Shown here: in pieces, positions 59,268 to 60,770 of the stretch | Numbering within the stretch: the first letter of the stretch is position 1 | Layout of the letters: every line of letters starts with the position of its first letter | Source: Bacteroidales bacterium | Lineage (GTDB): Bacteria; Bacteroidota; Bacteroidia; Bacteroidales; WCHB1-69 | Direction: 5' to 3' | Length of the DNA: 60,770 nt | Assembly: GCA_038210985.1 (NCBI GenBank) | Contig: JBBQWB010000006.1 | Coordinates: forward strand, 1-60,770 | Notes under the pieces: model-generated | What the model was told of the DNA's origin: nothing | The model's input: only the letters and a program-made list of their open reading frames with translations | Database searches by the model: none | Program-made: the position numbers and the translations under genes

Positions 59268-59990
59268 TTAATTTCCGTTTTTTTCTAAATTGTTATAATA
59301 ATGTTCGGCAGCAAGTTGCTCGGCTGCTTTAATGCTATATTCGCAGGCAACAATTCCAGTTGGAACATCATTTAGCACAATTTCAACCCAAAATTGTTTT
59401 CGATTTTTTATCATTTCTTCTTTCACAACATTAAAATCGAGCTGAATTTTATCCCGCTGACAATCTTCAATTAAATGGCTTTTGAAATTTGTTTCCTTTT
59501 TCAGTATTTCATCGATATCTACAAAATTTTTAAATATTTTTAGAACCAATAATTTTCTCACAAATGAGTAGCCTTTATCAACATAAACAGCTCCAATAAA
59601 TGCTTCGAACAAATCGCCACCCAAGGACTTTGAGTTTGAACAACAATCGGAAATAATTGCATTTTTTTCCATTCCTAATTTTAGGGCGAGTCGTCCAAGA
59701 TTAGCTCTACTTACGATTTTTGAACGAGTTTCAGTAAGGAAGCCCTCATCGACGTTGGGAAACTTTTTATAAAGATAATCGGCAACTACAGCACCTAAAA
59801 TGGCATCGCCAAGATATTCGAGTCTCTCGTTGTTAATTTTACGACCATTATTGGTTTGAGAAGCCGAAGAATGAGTAAAAGCGAGTTCATACAAAAAAAT
59901 ATTTTTGGGAGTAAACCCAAAAATATTTTTTATATAATCCGACAAATGTTTATTCTTGTCGTTTTTCTTGAAAATTTTAAAGAAATTCAA
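59268..59990 (-). CDS. rnc: ribonuclease III
   Basis: NNERLEYLGDAIL, FEAFIGA, dsRBD with K.AEQ.AA; TTG 59990 just after the fabF stop is the likelier start. Confidence 0.93.
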   Translation of the reverse strand: MNFFKIFKKNDKNKHLSDYIKNIFGFTPKNIFLYELAFTHSSASQTNNGRKINNERLEYLGDAILGAVVADYLYKKFPNVDEGFLTETRSKIVSRANLGRLALKLGMEKNAIISDCCSNSKSLGGDLFEAFIGAVYVDKGYSFVRKLLVLKIFKNFVDIDEILKKETNFKSHLIEDCQRDKIQLDFNVVKEEMIKNRKQFWVEIVLNDVPTGIVACEYSIKAAEQLAAEHYYNNLEKNGN

Positions 59991-59991
59991 T

Positions 59992-60770
59992 TTATTCGAT
60001 AAACTTTTTAAACAATAAAGAGGTATTATGTCCACCAAACCCAAAAGCGTTAGAAAGAGCATAATTAACTACTCTATTTTGAGCTTTATTAAAAGTAAAA
60101 TTAAGTTTTGGGTCGATTTGTGGATCTAAATTAAAATGGTTGATTGTTGGAGGAACAATATCCTTCACAATTGCCATGATGGCAGCAACTGCTTCAATAG
60201 CTGCAGCAGCACCCAGCAAGTGTCCAGTCATGGATTTAGTAGAGTTTATATTAATGTTAGCCGCATGTTCTCCAAAAAGCTTACTAATTGCATTAGTTTC
60301 GGCTAAATCTCCAACTGGAGTTGAAGTTCCATGGGTATTAATATGGTCGATATCCGATAAATTAATTTTTGCAAAATCAATTGCTTTTTTCATAGCTTTC
60401 ATAGCCCCATGTCCTTCGGGATGAGGAGCTGTAAGATGATGAGCATCGGCAGAAAGACCGAATCCGACCATTTCGGCATAAATTTTTGCACCACGAGCTT
60501 TCGCATGTTCATATTCCTCCAGAATAAGAGCTGCTGCTCCTTCGCCAATTACAAATCCATCTCTGTCTGCATCAAAAGGACGAGAAGCAGTTTGAGGATC
60601 ATCGTTTCGAGTAGAAATAGCGTGCATTGCACCAAAACCACCAATACCAGCTTCGTTAACAGCAGATTCTGAACCACCCGTAACAACCATATCGCATTGT
60701 CCAATCATAATTTGAATGTATGAATCGATAATGGCATTAGCGGCGGAGGCACAAGCAGAAGTAGTAACAT
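59992..60770 (-). CDS. fabF: 3-oxoacyl-ACP synthase II, 5' end outside the window
   Basis: TSACAS (catalytic Cys near 60750), SRPFD.DRDGFV.GEG, HGTSTP, KSMTGHLLGAA, FGFGGHN. Confidence 0.95.
   Translation of the reverse strand, partial: VTTSACASAANAIIDSYIQIMIGQCDMVVTGGSESAVNEAGIGGFGAMHAISTRNDDPQTASRPFDADRDGFVIGEGAAALILEEYEHAKARGAKIYAEMVGFGLSADAHHLTAPHPEGHGAMKAMKKAIDFAKINLSDIDHINTHGTSTPVGDLAETNAISKLFGEHAANININSTKSMTGHLLGAAAAIEAVAAIMAIVKDIVPPTINHFNLDPQIDPKLNFTFNKAQNRVVNYALSNAFGFGGHNTSLLFKKFIE

Overview
AT-rich chromosomal window from a Bacteroidota bacterium. The lineage is inferred from TAnnTTTG -7 / TTTG -33 promoters, a T9SS C-terminal domain, zinc-free L36 and S14, and an str operon without tuf. 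About half is core translation machinery: rplM-rpsI-rpsB-tsf-pyrH-frr and the str-S10-spc-alpha superoperon, including rpmJ and rpmD (missing from the ORF track) and an rplN broken by a one-base frameshift in an A7 run. The rest is housekeeping and envelope genes: a T9SS lysyl endopeptidase-like protease, tRNA-Val(GAC), a TonB-dependent receptor, M23-dxr-rseP, msrBA, apbE with an NqrM-like gene, sucB-nadB-gamma-CA, eno, glgB plus an exported pullulanase, pcrA, an ABC exporter, GT2, rluA, thioredoxin, an SGNH protein, lysC, rnc and a partial fabF. I see no transposase, integrase, prophage, CRISPR or defence gene. The least explained signal is non-coding: the larger intergenic gaps (1-345, 8.8-9.2 kb, 16.9-17.4 kb, 22.4-22.55 kb) hold several families of short palindromic REP/MITE-like elements, some apparently nested in each other, and a heptamer tandem array sits at 51.3 kb. 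Other oddities are a Gram-positive-type pullulanase with an inserted domain, an EF-G with substitutions at conserved domain IV/V positions, and a sucB with no partner genes nearby. All calls come from reading the sequence; no database search was run.
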